Positions 42,241-53,888 of a stretch of DNA of 64,000 nucleotides are shown here, piece after piece. The position numbers were made by a program, and so were the translations under genes. Numbering within the stretch: position 1 is the first letter of the stretch; every line of letters starts with the position of its first letter. The DNA comes from Candidatus Eiseniibacteriota bacterium (GTDB taxonomy: Bacteria; Eisenbacteria; RBG-16-71-46): contig JANMQY010000060.1 of assembly GCA_031370785.1 (NCBI GenBank), positions 32,001 through 96,000 of the forward strand, read 5' to 3'. Under the pieces are notes generated by a model, which was not told the DNA's origin, made no database searches, and saw only the letters and a program-made list of their open reading frames with translations.

Positions 42241-43803
42241 ATGTCCTTTCCCTGGTTGACCTGGCTGGTGTTCTTTCCGCTCGCGGGCGCGGCATTGATC
42301 ATGCTGCTGCCCGCCACCGCGAATCGCGCCATCCGGCTCTGGTCGACGGTCATCGCGGTGGCCGAGATGGTCTTCTCGCTCCCGTTGTGGTGGCGCTTCG
42401 TGCCGGATCAGGCGGGCTGGCAGTTCGAGGAGAAGCGCGCCTGGCTGCCCGCGCTGGGTGCGAGCTATCACCTGGGAATGGACGGGGTCAGCCTGATGCT
42501 CGTGCTGCTCACCACCGTGCTGACCGCGGTCGCGGTGATCGGAGCGTGGAGCGCCGTCGACAAGCGGCCCCGGGAGTTCTTTGCGCTCCTGCTCGCGCTC
42601 GAGGCCGGCATGCTCGGCACGTTCCTGTGCCTCGACCTGCTGCTGTTCTACGTGTTCTGGGAGGCCATGCTCATTCCGATGTACCTGCTCATCGGAGTGT
42701 GGGGCGGGCAGCGCCGCATCTACGCCGCGGTCAAATTCTTCCTCTACACCATGGCCGGAAGCGTGCTCATGCTGGTCGCGATCCTGTGGCTCTACTACCT
42801 GCAGCGCGCAGCGACCGGGGTGGCGACTTTCGACCTCGATGCGTTCTACGCGCTGGCGATTGCGCCTTCGACGCAGCAGTGGCTGTTCCTTGCGTTCGCG
42901 GTGGCGTTCGCGATCAAGGTCCCGATGTTCCCGTTCCACACCTGGCTTCCCGACGCGCACGTCGAGGCGCCAACCGCCGGATCGGTGATCCTCGCGGCGA
43001 TCCTGCTCAAGATGGGCACGTTCGGATTCCTGCGCTACGCGATCCCGCTGTTCCCGAACGCCTCCGCTCAGTTCGCGCCGTGGATCGCGGGCCTGGCGAT
43101 CGTCGGCATCATCTACGGCGCGCTGGTGGCGATGGTGCAGCCCGACCTGAAGAAGCTGGTCGCATATTCGTCGGTGAGCCACCTGGGGTTCTGCATGCTC
43201 GGCCTGTACGCCATGAACGCGCAGGGGCTCGCCGGCGCGATGATGCAGATGCTCAACCACGGCGTCTCGACCGGGGCGCTGTTCCTCCTGGTCGGGGTCA
43301 TCTACGAGAGGCGGCACACCCGCGCGATCTCCGACTTCGGCGGACTATGGAAGCCCATGCCGGTCTACGGCGCAGTGTTCCTGGTGGTGCTGCTGTCCTC
43401 GATCGGCCTGCCCGGGACCAACGGCTTCGTCGGTGAGTTCCTGGTGCTGCTCGGCACCTTCCGGGTTCACCCGATCTGGGCCGCGTGGGCCTCGAGCGGC
43501 GTGATCCTGTCCGCGCTCTACATGCTGTGGATGTTCCAGCGCGTCATGTTCGGCCCGGTCACGCATGTCGAGAACGAAAAGCTTCCGGACCTGAGCCGGC
43601 GCGAGCGGCTGGTGTTCGCGCCGCTCCTGATCCTGATCTTCTGGATGGGGGTCATGCCGCAGCCGATCCTCGCGCGCATGCAGCCCACTCTGGATCGCAC
43701 GCTGCGCCTGGCGGAGGTGCGGGCCGCGATGAGCGCGCATGCCAGGCCGGTCCGACTCGACGCGGCACCGATGCCGGTGCCCGGGGAGGGAGCGCGGCCG
43801 TGA
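42241..43803 (+). CDS. nuoM: NADH-quinone oxidoreductase subunit M
   Basis: FWEAMLIP, IKVPMFPFHTWLPDAHVEAPT, LLKMG, YSSVSH. Confidence 0.97.
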   Translation: MSFPWLTWLVFFPLAGAALIMLLPATANRAIRLWSTVIAVAEMVFSLPLWWRFVPDQAGWQFEEKRAWLPALGASYHLGMDGVSLMLVLLTTVLTAVAVIGAWSAVDKRPREFFALLLALEAGMLGTFLCLDLLLFYVFWEAMLIPMYLLIGVWGGQRRIYAAVKFFLYTMAGSVLMLVAILWLYYLQRAATGVATFDLDAFYALAIAPSTQQWLFLAFAVAFAIKVPMFPFHTWLPDAHVEAPTAGSVILAAILLKMGTFGFLRYAIPLFPNASAQFAPWIAGLAIVGIIYGALVAMVQPDLKKLVAYSSVSHLGFCMLGLYAMNAQGLAGAMMQMLNHGVSTGALFLLVGVIYERRHTRAISDFGGLWKPMPVYGAVFLVVLLSSIGLPGTNGFVGEFLVLLGTFRVHPIWAAWASSGVILSALYMLWMFQRVMFGPVTHVENEKLPDLSRRERLVFAPLLILIFWMGVMPQPILARMQPTLDRTLRLAEVRAAMSAHARPVRLDAAPMPVPGEGARP

Positions 43804-45266
43804 ACCTCGTGCCTCCTCCCACGCTGCTCGCCGTCGACTGGTACGCGCTCGGCGCGGTGCTCGCGCTCTCGGTCGGGGCGATGCTGCTGCTGCTGCTCGA
43901 ATTCGTGCCGAAGAAGCCGGATTCGAATCGCGCGGCGATCGTCTCTCTGATCACGCTCGCGGCCGCAGGGTGGAGCGTGTTCCACGTGCGCGGCACCGCG
44001 CGCTCGCTGTTCGGCGGCATGTTCGTTCACGACAGCTTCTCCGTTTTCTTCACGCTGCTGTTCTGTTCGGTGGCGGCGGTCTCGGTGCTGCTGTCGTGGG
44101 ACTATCTGAAGCGCACCCGCATCCATCAGACCGAGTACTACATGCTGCTGCTCAGCGCGACGCTCGGCATGATCCTGATGGCCGCCTCGAACGACCTGAT
44201 CACAGTGTTCCTCGGGCTCGAGCTGATGTCGATCGCGCTCTACGTGATGGTGGGTTTCCGCCGCGGCCAGCTGGAATCGAACGAGGCGGCGCTCAAGTAT
44301 TTCCTGCTCGGCGCCTTCGCGAGTGGATTCCTGCTCTACGGCATCGCCCTGCTCTACGGCGCGACCGGCACCACCAACATCGCAGCGATGTCCGCGTTCG
44401 TGGCCGACTCTCCGCTCAAGGAGAATCCGCTGCTGATCGTGGGCGGACTGCTGCTCCTCACCGGATTCGCGTTCAAGGTCGCGGCCGTGCCCTTCCACAT
44501 GTGGACCCCCGACGCCTACGAGGGAGCCCCGACCACGGTCACCGCGTTCATGTCGGCCGGAGCGAAGGCCGCCGGCTTCGCCGCGCTGCTGCGCGTCGTC
44601 CTGCATTCGCTGGGCGGCGTGCACGAGTACTGGACGCCCGTGCTCACCGCGATCGCGATGCTCACCATGACGGTGGGAAACATCTCCGCGCTGCTCCAGA
44701 CCAGCGTCAAGCGCATGCTCGCGTACTCCAGTATCGCGCACGCCGGCTACCTGCTGGTGGCGGTGGTCGCCGGGGGACCCGAGGGCGCATCCGCCGCGCT
44801 CTTCTATCTCGCGGTCTACTCGGCGATGAACGTCGGCGCGTTTGGCGTGCTCGCCCTGCTCGGGCGCGGCCAGGAGGAGCGCGTGCTGGTGGCCGATCTC
44901 GCCGGGCTCGGTTTCCGCCAACCGCTGATCGGGCTGGCGATGACCGTGTTCATGCTTTCACTCGGCGGCATTCCGCCCACTGCCGGGTTCATGGGCAAGG
45001 TCTACCTGTTCGGCGTGGCGCTGCGCGCCGGGCTGGTTCCGCTGGTCATCGTCGGCGTGCTCAACAGCGTGGTCTCGGTGTTCTACTATCTGCGCATCAC
45101 GGTCGCGATGTACATGGACGAGCCCAGGGGCGAGCCCACGCAGGTGTCGTGGGCGGTGCCTGCCGCGATCGCTCTTCTCGCCTGCCTCGCCCTGACCCTG
45201 TGGTGGGGCGTGCAGGCGCACCAGCTGCTGCTGCAGGCGCAGCGCTCGGTCACGGGCCTGATGTAG
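43800..45266 (+). CDS. nuoN: NADH-quinone oxidoreductase subunit N
   Basis: EAALKYF, FKVAAVPFHMWTPDAYEGAP, KRMLAYSSIAH, GIPPTAGF.GK. Confidence 0.97.
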   Translation: MNLVPPPTLLAVDWYALGAVLALSVGAMLLLLLEFVPKKPDSNRAAIVSLITLAAAGWSVFHVRGTARSLFGGMFVHDSFSVFFTLLFCSVAAVSVLLSWDYLKRTRIHQTEYYMLLLSATLGMILMAASNDLITVFLGLELMSIALYVMVGFRRGQLESNEAALKYFLLGAFASGFLLYGIALLYGATGTTNIAAMSAFVADSPLKENPLLIVGGLLLLTGFAFKVAAVPFHMWTPDAYEGAPTTVTAFMSAGAKAAGFAALLRVVLHSLGGVHEYWTPVLTAIAMLTMTVGNISALLQTSVKRMLAYSSIAHAGYLLVAVVAGGPEGASAALFYLAVYSAMNVGAFGVLALLGRGQEERVLVADLAGLGFRQPLIGLAMTVFMLSLGGIPPTAGFMGKVYLFGVALRAGLVPLVIVGVLNSVVSVFYYLRITVAMYMDEPRGEPTQVSWAVPAAIALLACLALTLWWGVQAHQLLLQAQRSVTGLM

Positions 45267-45301
45267 CCGCGCGGTCGCGTGGGAGTGTGCACGCGACCCG
45301 G

Positions 45302-47425
45302 TCAGGGCTTAGGGCTCCCGCTTCGTTCAAGCGCCTCGAGCGCCTGGGTCGCAGCCGCGTCCCCGGGAGACCTGGCCAGATGGCGGCGGTACGCGGCGCG
45401 CGCCCGGTCCCTTAGTCCCAGGCGCTCCCACGCCCGCCCTTCGTAGAGGTCCAGCGCGTCCGAGCCGCCGCCGGCGCGGCGCTCGTGCTCGAATTCGCGC
45501 AGCGCGGCGCGCGCATCCCCGACACCGAGCGCGATCACGCCCAGCCGCTCGTGCGCCGCGTAGGTATACGGATTCTTCGCGAGCGCCGCCTCGAGATGAT
45601 TCCGCGCCACGTCGGGACGCCGGTCCATCAATGCAAAGTTCGCGAGCAGCGAATGCGCGCGCGAGTTGAACGGCGAGCTCGCGAGCTGGCGCTCGAGCTC
45701 GGCCTGGACCTGGGCACGCAGCACGGGATCGCGCGCGCACGCCGGGCCCAGTTGCTCGAGCCGCTCGTTGCCGCCGGGCGCAGTCGCGTAGGCGAGGCTC
45801 TCGGCGGCCGCCGCGCACGCGCCATCCCGCCTCGCGTAAAGGCACGCGTTGTCGTCGCGAAAGATCAGCGCGAACGAGGAGTCCGCATCGGCGAAGTCGG
45901 GCAGCCGGTCGCCCTCGACCGCGTGCTGCTGGCCGTCGATCAGCAGGAGGTCGAAGCGATGGCGCTCGTCGAGCCGGTGCCACGCCCCGGGGTCCACGAA
46001 GACGTAGGGGTAGAGCTTCCGATCCTCGGGAGTTCCGCTCTGGTGGATGTCCATGAAGGGCAGCCGCGCCGGATCGGGCCAGAACCGCCACAGCAGGTAG
46101 CCGCCGTTGTAATACTCGTTGAAGAGCCGGCCGCGCAGCCGATGCGCTTCGATGAAGTCGCACGCCGCGATCGGATACTGGGTGAGATCGAAGCCCACGC
46201 CGAGCGGCATCTCGGGCCGCGCCCACTCGAGCGCCGCGAGCGCGAGGCATGCGGCAGCGGCGAAGCCGACACGCGGCGCGGGCCGGCGCAGCCATCCGGG
46301 GATGCGCCACACCCCGAGACGGTCGGCGAGATCGCGCGAAACGAAAGGCGCTGCGACCAGCGCGTAGAACCCGGCGAAGCGCTGCGACTGGATCGCGAGC
46401 GCGGTGAACAGCGCGCAGAGCAGCACCTCGGCCCAGTCCACGGCGCGCGCCCGCCGCGCGCGAAGCCAGAGCAGGAGCGGCCAGCCCACCAGCAGCAGCT
46501 CGATGCCGGTCTTCCAGTGAGTCGACCACGACATCGGGCGAAGCTCCGAGATGGTGCGGTAGATGGGCTCGTGGCTCCACGCCAGCGCGTACTCGAACGG
46601 CTGCCACAGCGCGCGCCAGCCGGACGGATTGAGGAACGTTGCGGCCAGGGCGAGCAGTGCGACCACCCACAGCGGCCCCGATGGGCCGAGCACGCGGGAT
46701 GCGTCCTCACCCTCGCGGCGTACGCGAGCAGCCCGGCGCTGCCGCACGTGCGCATCGATCAGATAGCCGCCAAGCACGGCGAAGCCGAGCGTGTAGGAGA
46801 GGTGCACGTTCGACCAGACCAGCGCGATCGGAATGATCATCCAGGCACGGTCGGGCGTGGACAGGCGGCGACTCTCGAGTACCCACAGCTCGAGCGCGAG
46901 CAGCACGCCGACCACGGTTTCGGGGCGCACCTGCGAGCGGTGGCGCCAGGTGAGCGCGCACAGCACGATCACGACCAGCGGGGCCAGACCCCTTGCGCCC
47001 ATGCGGCGCGCGGTCGCCCACAAGATGGCGAAAGCGGCGAGCGTCGTGAGCCAGCGCCACGCGAACAGGCCCCACACGCCGCCCGCGCTCCAGAACGGCC
47101 AGAGCAGCGCGCGGAACGCCCAGGACGGCGTGACCTCGGGCACGCCCATGGTCGGCCAGATCCAGATCTGCGTGGTGGGCACGTGATGAAGCGCCCACAG
47201 CGCACGGCCGACCGCGAGGTGCTGCCAGACATCGGGATCGTAGATGCGATAGGTGACCGAGAGCGCGACGCACAGTGCGGCGAAAACGGCGAGTGCGAGC
47301 GTCGCCGGATGCCGCAGCGGGAGCGCGTCCGCCTCCGGGGCCGGCTCGGCGGGGTGCGCTCCGGATCGGGCCGGTGTGCTCCCGGAGCGCGAACCGCGCG
47401 CGTTCCGGCCGGACTGCGGACTCAC
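45302..47425 (-). CDS. Multi-TM membrane protein (GT-C-like) with C-terminal TPR repeats
   Basis: DPDVWQHLAVGR loop after TM1, VRPE, WSNVH, LNPSG, ISEL, LFNEYYNGGYL; helical TPR-like C-terminus; GTG overlaps the moeA stop. Confidence 0.7.
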   Translation of the reverse strand: MSPQSGRNARGSRSGSTPARSGAHPAEPAPEADALPLRHPATLALAVFAALCVALSVTYRIYDPDVWQHLAVGRALWALHHVPTTQIWIWPTMGVPEVTPSWAFRALLWPFWSAGGVWGLFAWRWLTTLAAFAILWATARRMGARGLAPLVVIVLCALTWRHRSQVRPETVVGVLLALELWVLESRRLSTPDRAWMIIPIALVWSNVHLSYTLGFAVLGGYLIDAHVRQRRAARVRREGEDASRVLGPSGPLWVVALLALAATFLNPSGWRALWQPFEYALAWSHEPIYRTISELRPMSWSTHWKTGIELLLVGWPLLLWLRARRARAVDWAEVLLCALFTALAIQSQRFAGFYALVAAPFVSRDLADRLGVWRIPGWLRRPAPRVGFAAAACLALAALEWARPEMPLGVGFDLTQYPIAACDFIEAHRLRGRLFNEYYNGGYLLWRFWPDPARLPFMDIHQSGTPEDRKLYPYVFVDPGAWHRLDERHRFDLLLIDGQQHAVEGDRLPDFADADSSFALIFRDDNACLYARRDGACAAAAESLAYATAPGGNERLEQLGPACARDPVLRAQVQAELERQLASSPFNSRAHSLLANFALMDRRPDVARNHLEAALAKNPYTYAAHERLGVIALGVGDARAALREFEHERRAGGGSDALDLYEGRAWERLGLRDRARAAYRRHLARSPGDAAATQALEALERSGSPKP

Positions 47426-48684
47426 GCCGGCGCGTCCTCCGGCCAGCGCAGCAGCAGCGCCTCGGCCGCGTCCCCGACCGCGAGCCCGGCTGCGCTCTCG
47501 GGCACGATCAGCAGTGCGTGCGCGCGCGCCTGCGGCGTGAGGTGCCCCGAGATCTGATCGCCGGCAGGCGATGCCTCGAAGGTCTCGCCCTTGCGCTCGA
47601 GCGTGGCACGCACGAAGTCGGTGCGCCCTTCGCGCGAAGGAATGGCGTGCCCGACCCGCACCCGCAAGCGCGGACGATCGAGCGAGGTGTAGCCCATCAG
47701 CCGGCGCAGCGCCGGTCGCGCCAGCGTCTCGAATACGCACGCGACCGAGCCCGGATTGCCGGGCAGCCCGAAGAACAGCTTGCCGCCGGGGGCGCCGAAC
47801 GCCTGCGGCCTGCCTGGCTTCATCGCGACGCGCCACAGCTCGATTGCGCCCAGATCGGCGAGGCCCTGCTTGACCGGATCGTAGTCGCCGGCCGACACCC
47901 CGCCGATGGTGAACACCACGTCGCATGCGGCGAGCGCGAAGCGTGCGCGCTCCACCAGCACGCGCGGATCGTCGTTCACGCGCTCGCGATGGGTGACGCG
48001 CGCGCCGCAGTTTTCGAGCAGCAGCGCCAGCATCGGCAGGTTGCTGTCGCGGATCGATCCCGGGCGCAGCGCCTGATCCACCTCGAGCAGCTCATCGCCG
48101 GTCGAGAGGATGGCAACGCGCGGCCGCGGGCTCACCGCCAGGCGCGCCTCGCCGAGCGCGGCCAGCAGCGCCAGATCGTACGCCGACAGCTCGCGTCCCT
48201 CTGCGAACGGGAACTCGCCGGCACGCAGATCGCGCCCGGCAGGGCGGATGTTCTCGTCGTGGCGGGCCGGCCGCACGAAGCGCGCGCGCTCGCTGCCGCC
48301 CTCCGCGAGACGCTCGCAATCCTCGAATGCCACCACCGCATTCGCCCCATCGGGCACCATCGCGCCGGTCATGATGCGCATGGTCTCGCCACGCTTGAGC
48401 GCGCGCGAAGCAACGCGCCCCGCGGGTAGCACCTCGGTCACGGCGAGCGTGACGGGAGAGGAGCTCGAAGCGCCGACCAGGTCCTGGGTGACGACCGCAA
48501 AGCCGTCCATCGACGAATTGCGGAACGGAGGCAGGTCGTGGCCGGCCGGATCCGCGCGGCGCAGCGCGCGCCCGAGCGCATCGCCGAGCGCGACGACTTC
48601 GAAAGGCATGGGCCGAACCGCCGCGAGTACCCGGCGGCGGGCCTCGTCGAAGGAGAGGAGCCTAGGCGCCGCGGCGGTAGACAC
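47422..48684 (-). CDS. moeA: Molybdopterin molybdenumtransferase
   Basis: PPFRNSSMDGFA, IMTGA, STGDEL, DSN, GGVSAGDYD, MKPGRP, GLPGNP. Confidence 0.95.
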   Translation of the reverse strand: MSTAAAPRLLSFDEARRRVLAAVRPMPFEVVALGDALGRALRRADPAGHDLPPFRNSSMDGFAVVTQDLVGASSSSPVTLAVTEVLPAGRVASRALKRGETMRIMTGAMVPDGANAVVAFEDCERLAEGGSERARFVRPARHDENIRPAGRDLRAGEFPFAEGRELSAYDLALLAALGEARLAVSPRPRVAILSTGDELLEVDQALRPGSIRDSNLPMLALLLENCGARVTHRERVNDDPRVLVERARFALAACDVVFTIGGVSAGDYDPVKQGLADLGAIELWRVAMKPGRPQAFGAPGGKLFFGLPGNPGSVACVFETLARPALRRLMGYTSLDRPRLRVRVGHAIPSREGRTDFVRATLERKGETFEASPAGDQISGHLTPQARAHALLIVPESAAGLAVGDAAEALLLRWPEDAPA

Positions 48685-49144
48685 CGCTCCGGCCCCCGCG
48701 TTTCTCCCACAGCGCGAACTCGCCGAGCACCATGCCGCGGTCCACCGCCTTCAGCATGTCGTAGAGCGTGAGCGCGGCGGCGGTCACGGCAGTGAGGGCC
48801 TCCATCTCGACGCCGGTGCGAGCGCGTGCGCTGACCCGCGCTTCGATGCCGACCGATGAGCTGGCCTCGTCCAGCACGAACGCGAGGTCGACCCGGTCGA
48901 GTGCAAGAGTGTGGGCCAGCGGGATCAGATCTCCGGCGCGCTTGGCTGCCATCACTCCGGCGACGTGCGCGGTGGTGAGCACGTCCCCCTTCGGGGCGCT
49001 CCCGTCCCGCAGGAGCTTCAACGTGGCGCGATGCATGAAAACGCGACCGCGCGCGACCGCGGTCCGCGCGGTGATGCGCTTGGCGCCTACGTTCACCATG
49101 CGCACGCGGCCGTTCGAGTCGAGGTGCGAGAGCTTGCGCGGCAT
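48662..49144 (-). CDS. moaC: Cyclic pyranopterin monophosphate synthase
   Basis: LSHLD..G.VRMV, KGDVL, LIPLAH, TGVEMEAL, YDMLKAVD, KRGG.SG. Confidence 0.95.
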   Translation of the reverse strand: MPRKLSHLDSNGRVRMVNVGAKRITARTAVARGRVFMHRATLKLLRDGSAPKGDVLTTAHVAGVMAAKRAGDLIPLAHTLALDRVDLAFVLDEASSSVGIEARVSARARTGVEMEALTAVTAAALTLYDMLKAVDRGMVLGEFALWEKRGGRSGVYRRGA

Positions 49145-49150
49145 CGTGTC

Positions 49151-49182
49151 TTGACATTAGGGAGGCCCCTTCCTAGTGTCAA
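49151..49182. promoter_or_regulatory. Quasi-palindromic bidirectional sigma70 promoter
   Basis: Plus strand TTGACA-N17-TAGTGT (49151-49179); minus strand TTGACA-N17-TAATGT (49182-49154); sits between divergent genes. Confidence 0.7.
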
Positions 49183-49235
49183 TTCCGCCTCGTTCCTGGC
49201 CGATGCATCCGTCCCGGTCACGGCGGGGCCTTCCG

Positions 49236-50039
49236 ATGTCCAACCCCTTCCATCTGCGCCGACCCGTCTCCACGCGGCATGCGTTCGCGCTCGCGTTCGA
49301 TCTCAGCGTGCGCCGCGACGCGCTCCAGTCGCTGATCGTGCCGTTGATCCTGCGCGCGCCCTGGATCGTTGCGCTCGCGTTGCTGCCCGATCTGGATGCC
49401 ACCGATCGGCCGGGCCGTGTGATGCTGCTGCGCAGCGCCGCGCTGCTCGGTGACTTCCTCGTGCTGCTCACGGTCGGCGCGATGATCCGGGTGCGCGCCC
49501 GCTCGGTGTTCAACACGCCGATGGGTGCCCAGCCGACCCCGGTGCTCGAATGCTATGCGAAGGGTCTTCGCCGCGTGCCGTGGCTGATGGTGACCGAGCT
49601 GGTGCGCAATCTGGCGATCGGCTTCGCCTCGCTCTTCCTGCTCCTTCCGGCGCTGTTTCTCGGCTTCCGTCTGGCATTCGCGACCGAAGCGGTGGTGCTC
49701 AACGACGCCAATCTGAGCGAGGCGTTCCGGCACTCGTGGCGCCTCTCGGAGGGACGCTTTGAGCGCTGGCTCGAGATGATCGTGGTCTCGGTGCTGCTCG
49801 TGCTCGGCGCGGCGTTCCTGGTCGCCGCGCTCTCGCTCGGACTGCGCGACGTGAGCGCCGGCATGTGGTACGCGGTCTTCTCCCTGCTGACCGCGGGTCT
49901 CACGCCGATGATTCAGTACGCATGGACGTTCTTCTACCTGCGCCTGATCGAGCTCGAGAGCCCGGGCGTCGAGGTCGGCCCGATGTACGCCTCGAAGCCG
50001 CGATCCCGCTCGGCGGTGGACGCGGCTCCCTCGGTTTGA
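49236..50039 (+). CDS. Hypothetical integral membrane protein
   Basis: Several TM segments; 'AFRHSWRLSEGR' pattern seen in uncharacterised membrane-domain families. Confidence 0.7.
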   Translation: MSNPFHLRRPVSTRHAFALAFDLSVRRDALQSLIVPLILRAPWIVALALLPDLDATDRPGRVMLLRSAALLGDFLVLLTVGAMIRVRARSVFNTPMGAQPTPVLECYAKGLRRVPWLMVTELVRNLAIGFASLFLLLPALFLGFRLAFATEAVVLNDANLSEAFRHSWRLSEGRFERWLEMIVVSVLLVLGAAFLVAALSLGLRDVSAGMWYAVFSLLTAGLTPMIQYAWTFFYLRLIELESPGVEVGPMYASKPRSRSAVDAAPSV

Positions 50040-50129
50040 CCCTCGGCAGGTCGCGTGGCATTTTGAAACGGTCTGATCGTCGAACCGCACTCCTGTGATT
50101 CTGGCTTCCCGGCGAGGGACCATCCGCTC

Positions 50130-51229
<1,100 letters not shown>

Positions 51230-51233
<4 letters not shown>

Positions 51234-52426
51234 GCAGCGAGCGCCTCTACTACGACGACTCGTACACCACCCGTTTCGCCGCGAAGGTGGTCGCGATCGA
51301 GGAGCGCGACGGACGCCCGGCAGTCGAGCTCGAATCCACCTACTTCTATCCGGAGAGCGGCGGCCAGCAGGCCGATCGTGGCACGCTGGCCGATGCGACG
51401 GTGGTGGACGTTCAGGCAGACGACGACGGCCGGGTGTGGCACGTGATCGGGGCAGCGCCGCCGGCAGAAGGCAGACACGAAGCGGTGATCGACTGGGCAC
51501 GGCGCTTCGATGCGATGCAGCAGCACACCGGACAGCACATCCTCTCGGCCGCATTCGAGCGCGTGCTCGATGCGCCGACCCGGTCGTCGACCCTCGGCGA
51601 TGAGCGCAGCGTGATCGAGGTGGCGCTCGCCGACATGAGCTGGCGCACGCTCGAGCGCATCGAGGAGGCCGCCAACCGGGTGGTGTGGGAGGATCGGCCG
51701 ATCGAGCGCCACTGGGTGGACGACGAGGGGGTCAAGCGCTTCCGCCTGCGCAAACCTCCCGCGGTGAGCGGGCGGATCCGCATCGTGGAGATTCCGGAGT
51801 GGGATCTATCGGCATGCGGCGGGACACACACCCGGCGCACCGGCGAAGTGGGCGCGATCAAGGTGGTGCGCTGGGAGCGCGTGAGAGGAAACCTGCGCTT
51901 CGAATTCCTGTGCGGCGGCCGCGCGCTGCGCGATCACGCCTGGCGCACCGAGGCGCTGCTCGAGGCGGCGAAGCGGCGCACGCTGCAGGACCGCGAGCTG
52001 ATCGCGCACCTCGAGCGCGCGGCGGGCGAGCGCGACACGCTGCGCCGCCGAGTACAGGAGCTGACTTCGGGCCTTCTCGCCGCCGAGGCGCGCGAGAAAG
52101 TCGGCGACCCTCCGCGCGGGGTCGCCGACTTCAGCACCGAGCGCCCGCGTGAGGACGTGCGCCGCTTCGCGCTCCAGTGCCTCGAAGCCGGTGCGCCGTG
52201 GGTGGTCGCAGGCGCCGCCGCTCCCGAGCCCGCCGTGGTGATCGGGCGCGCGAAGAAGGGCCAGGGGGACTTGAGGGGCCTGATTTCCGAGCTTCTCGCG
52301 CATGCCGAGGGCAAGGGTGGCGGCGCCCCGGACTTCGTCCAGGCGGCAGCGGCGAACCCGGCCGCCGCGCGCGCCGCGTTCGACTGGGCCGCGCGGGCGG
52401 TCGCGAAGCTGGTGGGCGAGCGGTGA
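51230..52426 (+). CDS. Alanyl-tRNA editing protein (AlaX-like) with C-terminal DHHA1 domain
   Basis: YFYPESGGQ..D.G, QQHTGQH, CGGTH, C-terminal GKGGG. Confidence 0.88.
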
Positions 52427-53868
52427 GCGCGCGGGTTTCTGTAGCGCGAATTGTTTCTGAAGCGCTCGTGGCGTTCGCCCTCGCGCTCGCGTTCTCGCTC
52501 GCGTTCGAGCCGAGCGGAGCGCACGCCGCGCCGCGCGCGCGCGCGAGCGCCGAGGCCGCGCCGCCCGCTCGACCGTGGGGCGAAATCCTTGCGGCCGAAA
52601 CCGACACCGTGCTGTTCATGTCCGAAGACGGCGGGCTGTGGCGCGCGCCATTTCACCTCGGCTCACGCGAGATCGTGTGGTCCCCTCCCGGAAACGATCA
52701 CCTGGTGCGACTCGCGGTGAGCCCGGACGGGCGCCGCGCGGGCTGGCTCGCGCGTGACCTCGATCAGGACACCACGACTCTGTGGGTCGCGGATCTCGGC
52801 GCGGTCGGGGCGCCGGCGCAGCCGTGCGCCCGGTTCCAGAGCTTCCGCCCCACGCGCTACGGGAGCCACTTCTTCACCCCACACGTTCCCACGATCAAGG
52901 ATCGAGACGTGCGCGGGGCGCGACTGCTCGCGCCCTCGGTCGCGAACCTGCGAACCAGCAGCAACGCGCTGGCGTGGACCGCGGGAGGGGAGGCGCTGGT
53001 GTACGGCGACGCCGACGGCGTGGCGGAGGTGACACCCGACTGCGAAGGCCTGCTGAGACTGAGCCACGCACTCCTCATCGATCTGATCACTCTGGGTTCG
53101 GTGCCGCTGCAGCTCGCCAATGCGGTCGTGCCGATCGAGCGCCATGCCGAACAGGAATGGCTGGTCGCGTATACCGCGGGCGGGCGATGGCGGTTGTTCG
53201 GAGCCCTCGGGCTCAATGGCTCGCGGGACTGGAGCGCGGGGCTCACGCGGGTGTGGTGGATCGAGGGCCGTGGGGTCCATTCCATCCGGATCGACGATCC
53301 GATCGAGCGCACCGAGCTCGAATCACCCGTTCCCGTGGTGTGGATACGCGCCGAGCCCCATCGCGACGTGCTGTGGTGGGCGGCCGGCAACGAAGTGCGT
53401 CGGCGCGAGGCGGGAAACGAGAAGGTCATGCGCCAGGCCTCGAGTCCGATTCTCGCGGTGATCGAGTCGCCCGGCGGGCGGGGCATGGCGGCGATCACCC
53501 GCGACAGCCTGCTGTGGCTGGCCGCACCGGATCCGGCGACGCCCGACGCTGAGCTCGCGAAGTTCCAGCCGGACCGGTTGCTGATCGGTGCCCAGGGCGA
53601 GGTCGTAGTCGCACGCCGCAGCTCGGGCGTTCGCCGCAGCGTGACGCTTGCGCGGCTCGACGGCGCCCGCGGAGCATTCGTGCCGTTCGAAGCACCGATC
53701 CGGGGAGAGGTCGAGGTCGTGACGACTCCTCACGCGACCCACCTTCTGCTCTACGATGCGGGAGCCCGCGCGCCGCAGCGAATCACGACCTACGACTTCG
53801 CGAGCCAGAGCTGGAGCGAGATCGCGAATCCGGGCGTGATCGGCTGGGAGCCGCTCACCGCTCGCTGA
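52423..53868 (+). CDS. Hypothetical exported protein, beta-propeller-like
   Basis: Signal peptide; repeated Trp-containing beta motifs (AVSPDGRR, LAWTAGG, IESPGGR); GTG overlaps the upstream stop. Confidence 0.65.
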   Translation: MSARVSVARIVSEALVAFALALAFSLAFEPSGAHAAPRARASAEAAPPARPWGEILAAETDTVLFMSEDGGLWRAPFHLGSREIVWSPPGNDHLVRLAVSPDGRRAGWLARDLDQDTTTLWVADLGAVGAPAQPCARFQSFRPTRYGSHFFTPHVPTIKDRDVRGARLLAPSVANLRTSSNALAWTAGGEALVYGDADGVAEVTPDCEGLLRLSHALLIDLITLGSVPLQLANAVVPIERHAEQEWLVAYTAGGRWRLFGALGLNGSRDWSAGLTRVWWIEGRGVHSIRIDDPIERTELESPVPVVWIRAEPHRDVLWWAAGNEVRRREAGNEKVMRQASSPILAVIESPGGRGMAAITRDSLLWLAAPDPATPDAELAKFQPDRLLIGAQGEVVVARRSSGVRRSVTLARLDGARGAFVPFEAPIRGEVEVVTTPHATHLLLYDAGARAPQRITTYDFASQSWSEIANPGVIGWEPLTAR

Positions 53869-53888
53869 ACCTCCACCGACTCCGTTCG

